Positions 62,742-64,000 of a stretch of 64,000 nt of DNA are shown piece by piece. A model generated the notes under the pieces. It saw only the letters and a list, made by a program, of their open reading frames with translations. It did not search any database and was not told the origin of the DNA. Location: positions 512,001 to 576,000 of the forward strand of contig JBFWVL010000001.1 in assembly GCA_050246755.1 (NCBI GenBank), in the 5' to 3' direction. This stretch comes from Bacteriovoracia bacterium. GTDB taxonomy: Bacteria > Bdellovibrionota > UBA1018 > CAIPTA01. Made by a program: the position numbers and the translations under genes. Numbering within the stretch: the first letter of the stretch is position 1; every line of letters begins with the position of its first letter.

Positions 62742-64000
62742 ATGACCTTCCTTCTTGCCCTTCTTTTTCTGCCCGTTACCACCCAAGCCGCGCCCCTAAG
62801 CCTCTCGGATGCGATTTCCGAAGCCCTGCAGGACTCGCCCCGTATCCAACGCAGCGAATCCGAGCGCGAACAGGCTCACTGGAAGAAAATTGAAAACACC
62901 GCGGGTTTTTTGCCCAGCGTTTCGGCCTCCGGCCAGCGCCTCCTCGAAAAAAAGTACGCCTTCACCGATATCAGCTTCAACGGGAGCCCTAGCTCGATTC
63001 CCCAGATTGTTCCCACCACCACCATCTCCCTGCTCGGGCAGATCCCTATTTTCGACGGTTTCGCCAACATAAACCGCTACCGCGCAGCCTCCGCTTCCGA
63101 GGATGCGGCTAACCAGGATCTGGACTGGTCTCGCTTTCAGCTGGAGCGTGAGGTTACCCTCCTCTACTTCAAGGCTCTTGGCGCGAAGGTACTCGAGCAA
63201 GTGGCGGAGCAGAATATTCGTACGCTCAATGATCACCTAAAAGACAGCCGTCTTTTCCGCAAGGCGGGAGTTTCCACGAACTACGATGTGCTCCGCGTAG
63301 AAGTGCAAGTAAGTGAGGCGAACTACGAGCTGATGAATGCCAAAGATAATAGCGCGATCGCTAAAAACGCCTTAGGGGAAAGCCTCGGGAAAGCCGCCGA
63401 AGACAGAGAAATTTCCGGAACCCTGCCGGTGCTGAGCCCCGATCTCGTGAAGAATCTCGACTACGCCGTAGCCTCAGAAAGAAACGATATCCGCGCCCTG
63501 GAAAACCGCAGCCGCAGTGCCGAACTCACTAGTTCCGCCGCGGCCGTGCATTTAGTGCCGAGGGTTTCGCTCTTCGGCCAGTACCAGTACTACAATAACC
63601 GCAACGACGAATGGCGTAACGGTTTCCGCGACGCCTACCAGGTGGGCATACAGCTGAACTGGAATATTTTCGACGGGTTCGCTTCCATCGCGCGCTCGAA
63701 ACAGAGCGTGGAGGCCTTCGTGCAGAACGAAAAAAACCTGGCGATCGCCCAGCTTCGTTCGCACCAGGACCTAGATCTCTGGAAAAGAAAGTTTCTCTAC
63801 TTCTGTTCCGTATATCAGTCGCGCCTAGAAGATATCCAGAAAACGAACGAAAACGTCCGTCTTGCACGCGAAGGGCGCAAAGTGGGCGCGCGCACCAATA
63901 CGGACCTGCTCGATGCAGAAACCGATCTCCACCGTGCTCAGGCCGGCGCCGTGAATGCGCAGCTTGGCGCCATCGAAGCTTTACTCCGGCTGGAGCTCGC
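62742..64000 (+). CDS. TolC family outer membrane efflux protein (runs off window end)
   Basis: Hand translation: MTFLLALLFLPVTTQAAPLSLSDAISEALQDSP...IPIFDGF...FRKAGVSTNYDVLRVEV...WNIFDGF...GARTNTDLLDAE; divergent from marR. Confidence 0.88.
   Translation, partial: MTFLLALLFLPVTTQAAPLSLSDAISEALQDSPRIQRSESEREQAHWKKIENTAGFLPSVSASGQRLLEKKYAFTDISFNGSPSSIPQIVPTTTISLLGQIPIFDGFANINRYRAASASEDAANQDLDWSRFQLEREVTLLYFKALGAKVLEQVAEQNIRTLNDHLKDSRLFRKAGVSTNYDVLRVEVQVSEANYELMNAKDNSAIAKNALGESLGKAAEDREISGTLPVLSPDLVKNLDYAVASERNDIRALENRSRSAELTSSAAAVHLVPRVSLFGQYQYYNNRNDEWRNGFRDAYQVGIQLNWNIFDGFASIARSKQSVEAFVQNEKNLAIAQLRSHQDLDLWKRKFLYFCSVYQSRLEDIQKTNENVRLAREGRKVGARTNTDLLDAETDLHRAQAGAVNAQLGAIEALLRLEL

Noticed and set aside
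62684-63867. Short ORFs at the window end
   Set aside because: Region is a single plus-strand TolC CDS from 62742, truncated by the window edge.
1-64000. CRISPR array, tRNA/rRNA, IS transposase, integrase, prophage or recognisable defence operon
   Set aside because: No regularly spaced direct repeats, cloverleafs or corresponding protein motifs seen by eye.

Overview
About 64 kb of bacterial chromosome, moderately GC-rich. Gene content suggests a Bdellovibrionota/Oligoflexia-like predator (inference): many orphan secreted proteins, secreted proteases, stand-alone HisKA protein, sigma28 motifs before non-flagellar genes. Recognisable genes: topA, greB and a second Gre-family gene, TetR-TolC-AcrB efflux without an adaptor gene, perR-ahpC-ahpD-dps with Per boxes, a BMP/nucleoside ABC transporter, adenine deaminase, FAH, PLD, an L,D-transpeptidase, two GT-C glycosyltransferases, an archaic chaperone-usher pilus operon, and MarR/TolC. 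I saw no rRNA, tRNA, CRISPR array or transposase. Top candidates for undescribed biology: (1) an unannotated ~85-nt G-tract-rich structured RNA at ~33120-33205 with its own sigma28-type promoter and terminator; (2) an HNH endonuclease gene carrying a perfect 24-bp palindrome that recurs identically 12 kb away in an intergenic site, suggesting an HNH/REP-like palindrome system; (3) many apparently leaderless sigma28/sigma70 transcripts, and a sigma54+IHF-type promoter before the pilus operon. All calls come from motif reading; no database searches were run.
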